64,000 nt of DNA, taken from positions 160,001 through 224,000 of the forward strand of contig CAVTHS010000008.1 of the NCBI GenBank assembly GCA_963734535.1, read 5' to 3'. The notes beneath the pieces are model-generated. The model saw only the letters and a list, made by a program, of their open reading frames with translations, did no database searches and was not told the DNA's origin. Origin of the DNA: an uncultured Chloroflexia bacterium. Lineage in GTDB: Bacteria > Chloroflexota > Limnocylindria > Limnocylindrales > CSP1-4. A program made the translations under genes and the position numbers. The first letter of the stretch is position 1, and every line of letters starts with the position of its first letter. Shown in pieces: positions 19,060-28,817 of this stretch.

Positions 19060-20552
19060 GCGGCGCGACGGCTGACCCGGCAGCGGCGATGGGCGCCGTG
19101 AAGCGGTCGGGCACCGCGAGCGCCCCGGGCGCAGGAACCTCGAGGGCACCGGGGGCTGGCACCGCACCTGGTGGCGCGGCCGCCGAGCTCGCGCCGCTTG
19201 CAGCGCTTGCGCCGCTCACGGTCGATCTCCCGCCCGCCGAGGAGCGCGCGGTCATGCCGGCGGGCTTCCGCGCCCTCGGCGTGCCGATCGGGATCAAGCG
19301 GTCGGGCCGGCCGGACTTCGCGGTGATCGCCACCACCGGCGGACCCGCGGCGGCGGCCGGCGTCTTCACCCGAAACGCGTTCGCGGCTGCGCCCGTGCGG
19401 CTGACGCGCGCCCACCTTGCGGAAACCGGTGGAACCGGGCCGGCCGGCTCGGGCTGGGCAGATGCGATTCTCTCGACGTCGGGCTCGGCGAACGCCGCGA
19501 CCGGCGCAGCGGGCGACGCGGACCAGCTCCACCTCGCGGACAGCCTCGCCGCGGCGCTCGGCACGACCGTCGACCGCACGCTCGCCTTCTCGACCGGTGT
19601 CATCGGCACGCGCCTGCCGGTGGAGCTCGTCGCCGCGGCGGTCGCCGAGCGCATTCCCGGCGAGCTCTCGACGGGCGACGAGGCGCTCGTGGCTGCGGCC
19701 CGCGCTCTCATGACCACCGACTCGCGCCCAAAGTGGGCGTCGGTCCGGCTTGCGCTCCCCGCCGCCGACGGGTCGGAGGTCGAGGTGACCGTGTCCGGCA
19801 TCGCGAAGGGCGTCGGGATGATCCACCCGCGGATGGCCACGATGCTGGCGGTCATCCTCACCGACGCGGCAACCGACCCGGCGACGCTCCACCGCATGCT
19901 CCGGGGCGCTGCAGCGCGGACATGGGACCAGCTCTCCGTGGACGGCGACACGAGCACGAACGACAGCGTCCTGGTGCTCGCGTCGGGCGCGTCGCGCGCC
20001 GCACCGATCCGCGCCGGAGGCCCGGGATCCGCCGCGCTCGGCAGCGCGATCGAGGCCGTTGCGCGTTCGCTGGCCCGGCAGCAGGCGGCGGACGGCGAGG
20101 GCGCGACCACGCTCATCACGTGCCAGGTGACCGGGGCCGGCGACGACGTCGACGCGCGGGCCGTCGCCCGGGCCGTGATCTCCAGCAGCCTCGTCAAGGC
20201 GGCGGTGCACGGGCGCGATCCGAACTGGGGCCGGATCGCCGGCGCGGTCGGCAATGCCCAGGCGGCCGAATCGTGGGTCCTGGAAGCCGCCGGGCTTGGT
20301 GCGGCCGACGCCGCGGCTCGCGCGGGCAGGCCCGTGCTGGTTGATCCCGGGCTGCTGCGGATCACGGTGGCGGGTCACGCCGTCTATGCGGGCGGCCCAC
20401 TGCCGTTCGATCGCAGCGCGGCGCGCGCTGCCATGACCGACCACGAGGTGGTGATCCGCCTCGACCTCGGCGCGGGCCAGGGTTCGGGCGAGGCGTTCGG
20501 CTGCGACCTGACGGAGGCGTATGTGCGCGAGAACGCGGAGTACACCACGTGA
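19056..20552 (+). CDS. argJ: Ornithine acetyltransferase / N-acetylglutamate synthase
   Basis: STGVIG, MTTD, AKGVGMIHPRMATML autocleavage site, DGDTSTND, DGEGAT, DPNWGR, GCDL. Confidence 0.95.
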   Translation: MSGATADPAAAMGAVKRSGTASAPGAGTSRAPGAGTAPGGAAAELAPLAALAPLTVDLPPAEERAVMPAGFRALGVPIGIKRSGRPDFAVIATTGGPAAAAGVFTRNAFAAAPVRLTRAHLAETGGTGPAGSGWADAILSTSGSANAATGAAGDADQLHLADSLAAALGTTVDRTLAFSTGVIGTRLPVELVAAAVAERIPGELSTGDEALVAAARALMTTDSRPKWASVRLALPAADGSEVEVTVSGIAKGVGMIHPRMATMLAVILTDAATDPATLHRMLRGAAARTWDQLSVDGDTSTNDSVLVLASGASRAAPIRAGGPGSAALGSAIEAVARSLARQQAADGEGATTLITCQVTGAGDDVDARAVARAVISSSLVKAAVHGRDPNWGRIAGAVGNAQAAESWVLEAAGLGAADAAARAGRPVLVDPGLLRITVAGHAVYAGGPLPFDRSAARAAMTDHEVVIRLDLGAGQGSGEAFGCDLTEAYVRENAEYTT

Positions 20553-20562
20553 CGGGGGGCGG

Positions 20563-21372
20563 ATGAGCGAGATCGTGGTCCTCAAGCTCGGCGGGACGAC
20601 GCTTGCCGAGCAGCGCCAGGTGCTGGCCGAGGTGGCCACGGTCGCCCGCCGGCGTCCCGTCGTCATCGTCCACGGCGGCGGGAAGCGCATGACCGAGTGG
20701 CTGGACCGGCTGGGCGTGCCGACCCGCTTCGAGGGCGGGCTGCGCGTGACCGACGCGGCCGCGATCGAGGTGGCCGCGGCGGTCCTGCGCGGTGTGGTGA
20801 ACAGCGAGCTGGTCACGTCCCTGCGCGACGTCGGTGTGGATGCCGTCGGGCTCTCCGGCGTGGACGGCGGCCTCCTGGTCGGCGAGCGAGTCGACGGGAT
20901 CGGCCTGGTGGCGCACGTGGTCGGGATCAAGCGGGACCTGCTCGACGCGATCCTCGTCGGGGGCCAGGTGCCGGTGGTCGCGCCCCTCGCCCGCGACGAG
21001 AGCGGCATCGTCTGCAACGTCAACGCCGACGACGCCGCATCCGGCCTCGCAGCCGGTCTTGGCGCCCGGCAGCTGATCCTGATGACCGACGTCGACGGGA
21101 TCCGCGGGGCCGATGGCACGAAGCTCGCCACGATCAGCGCCCAGGACGCGGAAGCGCTCATCGTCGCCGGCACGATCAGCGGAGGGATGGTCCCCAAGGT
21201 TCGGGCGGCGCTGGCGGGGATCACCGAGCCGGGAGCCGAGGCGATCATCTGCGATGCCGCGGCCCCGGGTGCGCTGGCCCGTGCTCTCGACGACGCGTCA
21301 TTCGGCACCCGGATCACCGCCGGGCCCACGGCGGCCACGGCCGCCGGGGCCCCGGCGGGGGCGACGGTATGA
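20563..21372 (+). CDS. argB: Acetylglutamate kinase
   Basis: KLGG, VHGGG, GLRVTD, NVNAD, TDVDG, GGMVPK. Confidence 0.95.
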   Translation: MSEIVVLKLGGTTLAEQRQVLAEVATVARRRPVVIVHGGGKRMTEWLDRLGVPTRFEGGLRVTDAAAIEVAAAVLRGVVNSELVTSLRDVGVDAVGLSGVDGGLLVGERVDGIGLVAHVVGIKRDLLDAILVGGQVPVVAPLARDESGIVCNVNADDAASGLAAGLGARQLILMTDVDGIRGADGTKLATISAQDAEALIVAGTISGGMVPKVRAALAGITEPGAEAIICDAAAPGALARALDDASFGTRITAGPTAATAAGAPAGATV

Positions 21373-21382
21373 GGTCGGGCCG

Positions 21383-22006
21383 ATGACCACCGAGGCGCCC
21401 GCGCGCGCGGGAGAGGCAGCCCGCGCTGCCCGCCGCCGCGCCGTGCTCGAGCTCGTGGCGACGGCCGCCATCGGCAGCCAGGAGGAGCTCGCGGCGCTCC
21501 TCCGGCGGCGCGGCTTCGCCGTCACCCAGGCGACCGTGAGTCGCGACATCGCGGACCTGGGGCTGGTGAAGGCACCCCGCGGCGATCACCACGCCTACGT
21601 CACGCAGCGGACCTTCGCCCACGATGCCGGCGGCGGCGGGGCCGGGACCGACGGGGCTGCCGCGGCTGGCGGGATCGGCATGGGCGCCGCCGACGACGGC
21701 CGCTCGTTCGCGCACCCCGGCGAGGCGCGACTGCGCCGCGTCCTTGCCGACTACCCGGTGCGGGTCGCCCGGAGCGGCCTGACGCTGGTCCTCGTCAGCA
21801 CGCCGGGGACGGCCGCCGCGATCGCGCAGGCGATCGACGAGTCGGGCCTCCCCGAGCAGGTGGGGACGCTCGCCGGGGACAACACGCTCCTGGTCCTGTT
21901 CGCCGACGAGACAGCGCTCGAGCGCTGGCGGGAGCGCCTCGCGACGATCGTCGCCGGGGAGACGCCGGACCTTCCCCACGCGGATCTCACCAACACCTAC
22001 CCCTGA
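21383..22006 (+). CDS. argR: Arginine repressor
   Basis: SQEEL, VTQATVSRDI, C-terminal GTLAGDNT; long Gly/Ala linker. Confidence 0.92.
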   Translation: MTTEAPARAGEAARAARRRAVLELVATAAIGSQEELAALLRRRGFAVTQATVSRDIADLGLVKAPRGDHHAYVTQRTFAHDAGGGGAGTDGAAAAGGIGMGAADDGRSFAHPGEARLRRVLADYPVRVARSGLTLVLVSTPGTAAAIAQAIDESGLPEQVGTLAGDNTLLVLFADETALERWRERLATIVAGETPDLPHADLTNTYP

Positions 22007-22032
22007 ACCCGGGAAACGGAGGCAACACGCAG

Positions 22033-23322
22033 ATGAAGAAGGTGGTCCTCGCGTACTCGGGCGGTCTCGACACCTCGGTCGCGGTCGCCTGGCTGCGCGA
22101 GCAGTTCGGCGTCGATGTGATAACCCTCACGGTGGACGTCGGGGGCGGCTCCCTGCGACCCGGTGTCGAGGGTCGCGCGATCTCCGCGGGCGCGTCGCGC
22201 GCCTACGTCGTGGATGCCCGGAAGACGTTCGTGCGGGACTTCTGCTGGCCGAACCTGCAGGCAAACGCGCGCTACCAGGGCGTCTACCCGCTGGCGACGG
22301 CCCTGGCGCGGCCGCTCATTGCGCAGCTCCTCGTCGAGGTGGCGCAACGGGAGGGCGCCGACGCCGTGGCCCACGGCTGCACGGGCAAGGGCAACGACCA
22401 GGTGCGCTTCGACGTCGCGGTCCACGCGCTGGACCCGTCCCTCGAGGTCGTCGCGCCAATGCGGGTCGGCATGGGCCTCTCGCGCGACCAATCGATCGAC
22501 TACGCCGCCGCGCGCGGCATCGAGCTCCCGATCACGAAGTCGAGCCCCTATTCGATCGACGTCAACATCTGGGGCCGCTCCTGCGAGACGGGGGTCCTGG
22601 AAGACCCCTGGGCCGCGCCGCCGGCCGATGCCTATGCGTGGACCGTGGCCCCGTCGAACGCACCCGCGGCCGTCGACCTCCTGCTCGAGTTCGAGGGAGG
22701 CGTTCCGGTCAGCCTCGACGGCGAGCGGCTCGACCCGGTCGCCCTCGTCGAGCGCGTCAACGAGCTCGCCGGCGCCCACGGCGTCGGGCGGATCGATCAC
22801 GTCGAGGATCGCCTTGTCGGGATCAAGAGCCGGGAGATCTACGAGACGCCCGCCGCGACGGTCCTCCACGCGGCGCACGCGGCCCTCGAATCCCTGACGC
22901 TCACCAAGGACACGCTGCGCTTCAATCGCCGTGTCGCGGACGAGCTCGCCCAGCTCACGTACGACGGCCTCTGGTTCAGCGCCCTTCACCGCGACCTGCG
23001 CGGCTACGTCGCGAGCGCGCAGCGCGTCGTCTCGGGCGAGGTCCGGGTCCGGCTGGACCACGGGAGCGCGGTCGTCACCGGGCGGCGGTCGCCGCTCTCG
23101 CTCTACGAGAAGAACCTGGCCACCTACGACACGGGCAATTCCTTCGACCACGCCTCGGCAGTCGGGTTCATCGAGATCTTCGGCCTGCCGCTTCGGACGG
23201 AGGCCGCCCGCCATGGCGCGGTGGGCGCCCGCCACGGCGCGGCCTGGAGCTGGACCGATCCGCTCCTCGAGCGCCTGGAGGCCTCCGTCACCGACCCGGC
23301 CGCGGCCGGCGCGCCCTCCTGA
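22033..23322 (+). CDS. argG: Argininosuccinate synthase
   Basis: LAYSGGLDTS, HGCTGKGNDQVRF, GIKSREIYE. Confidence 0.97.
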   Translation: MKKVVLAYSGGLDTSVAVAWLREQFGVDVITLTVDVGGGSLRPGVEGRAISAGASRAYVVDARKTFVRDFCWPNLQANARYQGVYPLATALARPLIAQLLVEVAQREGADAVAHGCTGKGNDQVRFDVAVHALDPSLEVVAPMRVGMGLSRDQSIDYAAARGIELPITKSSPYSIDVNIWGRSCETGVLEDPWAAPPADAYAWTVAPSNAPAAVDLLLEFEGGVPVSLDGERLDPVALVERVNELAGAHGVGRIDHVEDRLVGIKSREIYETPAATVLHAAHAALESLTLTKDTLRFNRRVADELAQLTYDGLWFSALHRDLRGYVASAQRVVSGEVRVRLDHGSAVVTGRRSPLSLYEKNLATYDTGNSFDHASAVGFIEIFGLPLRTEAARHGAVGARHGAAWSWTDPLLERLEASVTDPAAAGAPS

Positions 23323-23391
23323 GCGGGGGGCGCGCCGGCGCCCCGCCGCCCGCCAGCGCGCGTTGCGCCGCCGCGCCCCACAATCGCCCGG

Positions 23392-24693
23392 ATGGTCAAG
23401 CCGTCCGCACGAACAACCACGAGCGCTCCCGCCGCTCCCCTCGGCGCGCCCGGCGTCGACGAGGACACCGCGCGAACCCTCCGCGAGCTCGCCTTCCTCC
23501 ACGAGTTCGCCCGGCTCGCGACCCAGGCGCGGGATTGGGACGAGCTCATGCTGACGCTCGTGGAGCGGACCACGGAGGCGCTCCACGTCCAGGTCTGCTC
23601 GTTCTACCTGCTCGACCATGCGACGGGCCGGCTCACGCTCGCCGCGACGAACGGGCTGGACCGCCACCAGGTCAGCCGCGTCAGCCTGGCGCTCGACGAG
23701 GGGATCACCGGGGCCGCGGCCACGTCGCGCCGGCCGATCGAGGTGCCCGACGTCCGGCTCGACCCGCGCTTCAAGTACCTCCGCGGCTTCGACCTCGCCG
23801 GGCTCACCTCGATGCTGTCGGTGCCGCTCACCTGGAACGACATCGTGGTCGGCGTCCTGAACGTCCAGACGGTCGCCACCCGGCGCTTCACGTCCCAGGA
23901 GATCAACTTCCTGGCCACGATCGCGGCGCTGCTGGCCGGGATCGTGGAGAAGGGCCGGCTGCAACGTGAGCAGGAGCGGCAGCTTGGTGAGCTCCAGGCC
24001 CTCGACGAGGCACGCGCCGAGCTCCTCTCGGTGGTCACCCATGAGCTTCGGACGCCACTCTCCGTGGTGCGCGCGTACGTGGACCTGCTGGCCGACGCGG
24101 CCGGCGGCCTGACCGACGCGCCCGCCCGCGCTTCGAGCGACGACTGGCGCAACGCGGCGGTCGACCAGATCAGCCGGCTGGACCGGCTCGTCGACTCGAT
24201 CCTCGTCTCCGTGCGCGGCGAGGGGCTGGGCGTCCTGGCGCGCCTGCCGTTCGACCTCGGCCAGACCATGGCCGAGACAGTCGAGCTGTTGCGGCCGCTG
24301 CTGCGTTATCACCGGCTGCGCTGGCATCCTCCCGAGGAGGTCCTCGTCGCCGTCGGGGACGAGGGCCGCTTTCGCCAGGTGCTCGAGCTCCTGCTGGAGA
24401 ACGAGGCGAAGTACGCGCCGCGAAGCTGGGGCGTCTCGGTTGGCGCCTGGCGCCAGGTCGGCGAGATGCGTGCCTACATCACCGACGACGGGCCCGGCGT
24501 GCCCGCCGAGGATTGGGAATCGGTCTTCGAGGCCTTCGTTCGGGCCAGCGGTCGGCGCGGGCGCGGCTCCGGGATCGGGTTGTACGCTGCACGTCGCCTG
24601 ATGGAGGCGATGGGAGGCAGGATCTGGATCGAGGGGAACGGCTTCGGGGGAAGCCGTTTCGTGCTCGCGCTTCCGGCGGTCGCGCCGGCCTGA
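23392..24693 (+). CDS. Soluble GAF-domain sensor histidine kinase
   Basis: GAF domain (EGITG..SMLSVPL..VGVLNV), H-box THELRTPL, DDGPG, GSGIGL; no TM segment seen. Confidence 0.9.
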   Translation: MVKPSARTTTSAPAAPLGAPGVDEDTARTLRELAFLHEFARLATQARDWDELMLTLVERTTEALHVQVCSFYLLDHATGRLTLAATNGLDRHQVSRVSLALDEGITGAAATSRRPIEVPDVRLDPRFKYLRGFDLAGLTSMLSVPLTWNDIVVGVLNVQTVATRRFTSQEINFLATIAALLAGIVEKGRLQREQERQLGELQALDEARAELLSVVTHELRTPLSVVRAYVDLLADAAGGLTDAPARASSDDWRNAAVDQISRLDRLVDSILVSVRGEGLGVLARLPFDLGQTMAETVELLRPLLRYHRLRWHPPEEVLVAVGDEGRFRQVLELLLENEAKYAPRSWGVSVGAWRQVGEMRAYITDDGPGVPAEDWESVFEAFVRASGRRGRGSGIGLYAARRLMEAMGGRIWIEGNGFGGSRFVLALPAVAPA

Positions 24694-24707
24694 TGGGAGA
24701 GGGACGG

Positions 24708-25409
24708 ATGACGTTCGCGCAGGCAGCCGGGCTGCGGATCCTCGTGGTCGACGACGAGCCGGCGATGGTCGGGGCGATCACGGCGCTCGTCGGGACCGCC
24801 GGGCACCAGGTGATCACCGCCTACGACGGCGACGCGGCCCTGCGCAGGTTCGAGGAGGAGGCCCCGGACCTCGTGCTCCTGGACCTCGCGATGCCCGGGC
24901 GCGACGGGGTCGAGGTCTGTCGCGAGATCCGGCGAACCAGCCAGACCCCGGTCATCGTGCTGACCGGCGAGGCCGACGAGCTGGCCAAGGTGGAGGCGCT
25001 CGACGCCGGTGCCGATGACTACGTCACGAAGCCATTCGGCAAGCAGGAGCTGCTGGCGCGGATACGGGCGGTGATGCGGCGCCACGAAGCGGGCGAGACG
25101 CCCACCGGCGGTCTGCACGTGGGCCGGCTCACGCTCGACACCGGGCGCCACGAGGCATCCGTCGAGGGGGCGCCGCTCGCGCTGACCCGCACCGAGTTCG
25201 CGCTGCTCTCGGCTCTGGTCTCGGCCCGCGGCCGGGTGGTCCCGCACGACCGGCTGCTCTCGGCAGGCTGGCCCGGCGACGCCGACCCGGATCCGCAGTG
25301 GCTCAAGCCCCACCTCGCGCGGCTCCGCGCCAAGCTCGAGGAGTCGGGTGCACCCCTCCCCACGAGCGTGCGTGGCGTCGGTTACCGCCTGGAGGCAACC
25401 GAGGAGTAA
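24708..25409 (+). CDS. OmpR/KdpE-family response regulator
   Basis: VVDDE, LLDLAMP, DDYVTKPF, RGVGY; alternative ATG at 24693 (TGATG overlap). Confidence 0.93.
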   Translation: MTFAQAAGLRILVVDDEPAMVGAITALVGTAGHQVITAYDGDAALRRFEEEAPDLVLLDLAMPGRDGVEVCREIRRTSQTPVIVLTGEADELAKVEALDAGADDYVTKPFGKQELLARIRAVMRRHEAGETPTGGLHVGRLTLDTGRHEASVEGAPLALTRTEFALLSALVSARGRVVPHDRLLSAGWPGDADPDPQWLKPHLARLRAKLEESGAPLPTSVRGVGYRLEATEE

Positions 25410-25436
25410 GTCACCTCAGCGACTGCCGCGGCCTCA

Positions 25437-25474
25437 CGAACGGCCGTCGCGGGCCGAGCGAACGGCCGTCGCGG
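25437..25474. repeat. 16-bp direct repeat with 22-bp period upstream of the second response regulator
   Basis: CGAACGGCCGTCGCGG at 25437-25452 and 25459-25474. Confidence 0.75.
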
Positions 25475-25486
25475 TCCGCCCGTACG

Positions 25487-26212
25487 ATGCGCAGACTCGT
25501 GGCTACCTCGACCACCTCTGCCCGCCTTCGCATCCTCGTCGCGGCCGCCGTGCCAGCCGACGTCGGGGCGATTGCGAGCGCCCTGGGCAACGCCGGCCAC
25601 GAGGTCGTCACGGCGTACCGGGCGGAGACCGCGTTCGCCCGGCTTGCCGAGGAGCGCCCGGACGCCGTCCTCCTGGACCCGGGGCTGCCGGACACCGAGC
25701 CGTCCGCGCTGGTGGGCCGGATCCGGGCCCGCACCGACGCGCCGCTCATCGTCATCCTCGACCTCCGGGACGAGGCAGCCGTGGTCGCCGCGCTCGATGC
25801 CGGGGCGATCGACGTGGTCGGGCGGCCGGTCCGGGTCGGGGAGCTGATCGCGCGCCTGAACGCCGCGGTCCGGCGCTCCACGCTCTCGACCGGCGCCTTC
25901 GAGCCGAGCCTCGACGGCCTGCGTGTCGATCCCGGGCGTCGCGAGGCGTCCGTGGCGGGCCGCGCGATCGCGCTGACCCCGACCGAGTTCGAGCTGCTCT
26001 CGGTCATGGCCGCCCGGCGCGGTGACGTTGTCGACCATCGGACGCTGCTCCGGGCGGCCTGGCCGGGCCGGCTGGACGTGGAGCCCGAAACGCTCCGCAG
26101 CCACCTCACGCGGGTCAACGCCAAGCTCGTCGCGGAGGGCCACCCCGGGCTGCGCAACGTCCGGGGCCGCGGCTATGCGCTCCGCGTCCAGGGCAGCCTG
26201 CCGACCGCCTGA
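25487..26212 (+). CDS. Atypical OmpR-family response regulator (degenerate receiver)
   Basis: wHTH LTPTEFELL...RGRGY intact; the receiver lacks the acidic pair (ILVAAAV) and the conserved Lys (VGRPV); start may be GTG 25499. Confidence 0.85.
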   Translation: MRRLVATSTTSARLRILVAAAVPADVGAIASALGNAGHEVVTAYRAETAFARLAEERPDAVLLDPGLPDTEPSALVGRIRARTDAPLIVILDLRDEAAVVAALDAGAIDVVGRPVRVGELIARLNAAVRRSTLSTGAFEPSLDGLRVDPGRREASVAGRAIALTPTEFELLSVMAARRGDVVDHRTLLRAAWPGRLDVEPETLRSHLTRVNAKLVAEGHPGLRNVRGRGYALRVQGSLPTA

Positions 26213-26243
26213 CGAAGCGGGCGAATCCGGGCACACTTGCAGA

Positions 26244-27272
26244 ATGCCAGAGTCCCCCGCGGCCGTGCCGACACCCCTGACCGCAACCCCGCCGACACCC
26301 CTGGCGGCCGAACCTCCGGCGGCTCACCCGACGCGTGTCGCGATCGTGGGGGCCGGGGCCGTCGGGTCCACGTTCGCCTTCGGCCTCCTCCTCTCCGGGC
26401 TCGCGTCGGAGATCCTCCTGGTGGACGCGAACGCCCGCCGGGCGGAGGGCGAGGCGATGGATCTCCTGCACGCCGTCCCGTTCGCCAAGACGGCCCGCGT
26501 CTGGTCCGGGCCGATCGAGGATTGCCGCGGCGCCGCGATCACCGTGATCGCCGCCGGCGCTGCCCAGAAGCCCGGCGAGACGCGGATGGACCTGGTCCGC
26601 AAGAACGCCGCGATCTTCGGCCAGATCGTGCCGGCCGTCGCGAGCGCGAACCCCGGCGGGATCATCGTCGTGGCGACGAACCCGGTGGACATCCTGGCCT
26701 ACCTGACCTACCGCATCAGCGGGCTTCCCCCGAGCCGCGTGATCGGCTCGGGGACCATCCTCGACACGTCGCGCTTCCGGATGCTCCTCGCGGAGCATTA
26801 CGGCGTCGACCCGCGCTCCGTCCACGCGTACATCGCCGGCGAGCACGGCGATTCCGAGGTGCCGGTCTGGTCGGCGGCGAACATCGCGGGGATGCCGCTC
26901 GCTGACTTCGGGCGCGCCAACGGGATCGGGCACGACCAGGGCTCGCTCCAGCAGATCTTCGAGTCGACGCGCGACGCCGCGTACCAGATCATCGAGCGCA
27001 AGGGCGCCACGTCATATGCCGTGGCGGCGGGCCTCGTCAGGATCGTCGAGGCGATCCTGCGCGACCAGTCGACGGTGCTCTCGGTCAGCTCGCTGATCTG
27101 CGACTACTACGGGATCGACGACGTGTACCTGTCCGTCCCGACGGTGCTCGGGCGGAACGGCGTGGAGCGGACGCTCCGCCTCGCGATGTCGGCGGAGGAG
27201 GCCTCTGGCCTCCGTCACTCGGCCGACCTGCTCCGGGCGACGATCGAGACGCTGGATCTTCCGCCTCGATAG
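26244..27272 (+). CDS. ldh: L-lactate dehydrogenase
   Basis: VGAGAVG, GAAQKPGETR (Gln specificity residue, so LDH rather than MDH), NPVD, GTILDTSR, GEHGDS. Confidence 0.93.
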   Translation: MPESPAAVPTPLTATPPTPLAAEPPAAHPTRVAIVGAGAVGSTFAFGLLLSGLASEILLVDANARRAEGEAMDLLHAVPFAKTARVWSGPIEDCRGAAITVIAAGAAQKPGETRMDLVRKNAAIFGQIVPAVASANPGGIIVVATNPVDILAYLTYRISGLPPSRVIGSGTILDTSRFRMLLAEHYGVDPRSVHAYIAGEHGDSEVPVWSAANIAGMPLADFGRANGIGHDQGSLQQIFESTRDAAYQIIERKGATSYAVAAGLVRIVEAILRDQSTVLSVSSLICDYYGIDDVYLSVPTVLGRNGVERTLRLAMSAEEASGLRHSADLLRATIETLDLPPR

Positions 27273-27275
27273 GCG

Positions 27276-28379
27276 TCAGAAGGCTGCCGCCGCAGCCGCC
27301 TCCGCGCGCAGCGCTGCGTAGCCCGGCTTGATCACCGCGGTGATCAGCCGCAGGCGCCCGTCGAACGGCTCGAAGGCCGACTTCATGGCGTTGAGCGTGA
27401 GCCACTCCATCTCGTCGAGGCCGACGCCGAAGACGCGCGACATGGCCGCGAACTCGCTCGAGAGCGAGACGCCGCTCATCAGCCGGTTGTCGGTGTTGAG
27501 CGTGACCCGGAAGCGGAGCCGGCGCAGGAGGCCGATGGGGTGCTCGGCGAGCGTCGCGACCGCGCCCGTGTGGAGGTTGGAGGTCGGGCACATCTCCAGC
27601 GGGATGCGGCGGTCGCGGACGTAGGCGGCGAGCCGGCCGAGGTGCGCACGACCATCCTCGTCGAGCGTGATGTCGTCCACGATCCGGACCGCGTGGCCGA
27701 GACGGGCCGCCCCGCACCACTGGAGGGCCTCCCAGATGGAAGGCAGGCCGAACGACTCGCCGGCATGGATCGTCGAATGGAAGTTCTCGCGCTGGACCAG
27801 GTGGAACGCGTCGAGGTGGCGGGTCGGCGGGAAGCCCTTCTCCGGCCCCGCGATGTCGAAGCCGACGCAGCCGCGGTCGCGCCACCGGACGGCCAGCTCC
27901 GCGATCTCCACCGAGCGGGCGTACTGGCGCATCGCGGTGCACACGAACCGGACCAGGATCGGCCGCCCCGCCGCCGCCGCGGTGACCATGCCGCGCTCGA
28001 AGCCGGCCAGGACCGCCTCGACGACTTCGTCGAGCGAGAGCCCCGCGGCCGTCGACAGCTCCGGGGCGTAGCGAACCTCCGCGTAGACAAGCCCGTCGGC
28101 CGCGAGATCCTCGGCGCACTCCGCGCTCACCCGCTCGATCGCGTCGCGGGTCTGCATGAGCGCGACCGTGTGGGCGAAGCCCTCGAGGTACAGCTCGAGT
28201 GACTTCCGGTCCGCGCCCCGGGTGAACCAGGCCTGGAGCTCGGCCGGATCGTGCGTCGGCAGCGCCGTGTAGCCAGCCTCCCGGGCGAGGTCGATGACCG
28301 TCTCGGGCCGGAGGCCACCGTCCAGGTGGTCGTGGAGAAGCACCTTTGGCGCGCGCCGGATCGTGCGATCGTCGAGCAT
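27276..28379 (-). CDS. add: Adenosine deaminase
   Basis: LHDHLDG, HAGE, RLGH, CPTSN, NTDN; TAGGAT 6 nt upstream. Confidence 0.94.
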   Translation of the reverse strand: MLDDRTIRRAPKVLLHDHLDGGLRPETVIDLAREAGYTALPTHDPAELQAWFTRGADRKSLELYLEGFAHTVALMQTRDAIERVSAECAEDLAADGLVYAEVRYAPELSTAAGLSLDEVVEAVLAGFERGMVTAAAAGRPILVRFVCTAMRQYARSVEIAELAVRWRDRGCVGFDIAGPEKGFPPTRHLDAFHLVQRENFHSTIHAGESFGLPSIWEALQWCGAARLGHAVRIVDDITLDEDGRAHLGRLAAYVRDRRIPLEMCPTSNLHTGAVATLAEHPIGLLRRLRFRVTLNTDNRLMSGVSLSSEFAAMSRVFGVGLDEMEWLTLNAMKSAFEPFDGRLRLITAVIKPGYAALRAEAAAAAAF

Positions 28380-28439
28380 GGCCCGATCCTACGCCGACCC
28401 GGCCCGCGCGGCTCGGCCCGCGTGCCGAGCGGGGCCGAG

Positions 28440-28652
28440 TCAGGGCCGGTCGGGGCCCTGGCGCGAGAGGACCGCCCGAAGGACCACGGACGCCCCGAGC
28501 GCGATCAGGAGGATCGGCCACACCTGGTCCCAGTTGATCTCGGGCATCCTGATTCCGAAGGTGTTCTCCAGCAGGTAGTAGGCGCCCACGACGAGGAGGA
28601 TCGCCCCGAAGATCAGGGCGCCCACGTCGATGCGACGATCCGCACGGTGCAC
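28440..28652 (-). CDS. Small two-TM membrane protein (LiaF/DUF5668-like)
   Basis: GALIFGAILLVVG...WPILLIALG pattern. Confidence 0.7.
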   Translation of the reverse strand: MHRADRRIDVGALIFGAILLVVGAYYLLENTFGIRMPEINWDQVWPILLIALGASVVLRAVLSRQGPDRP

Positions 28653-28817
28653 GACGATCCCTCCGTCCCGGCACGGGGTTGCGTTCGCGCATCGGGTCGG
28701 CGACGTCCAGCGTTCGCCGGCGCGCGTGCAGCCGCGTGCCCGAGGCGGAGCGTCGGTCCTGTGTGGCGGGTCCGCAAGGGCCGATTGTCGCGGACGCGAG
28801 CTGGCCTGCCGCTGGAC

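Noticed and set aside
18810-24327. Long antisense ORFs over the arg genes (also 1533-3515, 38300-40840, 44927-47215 and others)
   Set aside because: Stop-poor shadow frames are expected at this GC and codon bias; they carry no family motifs
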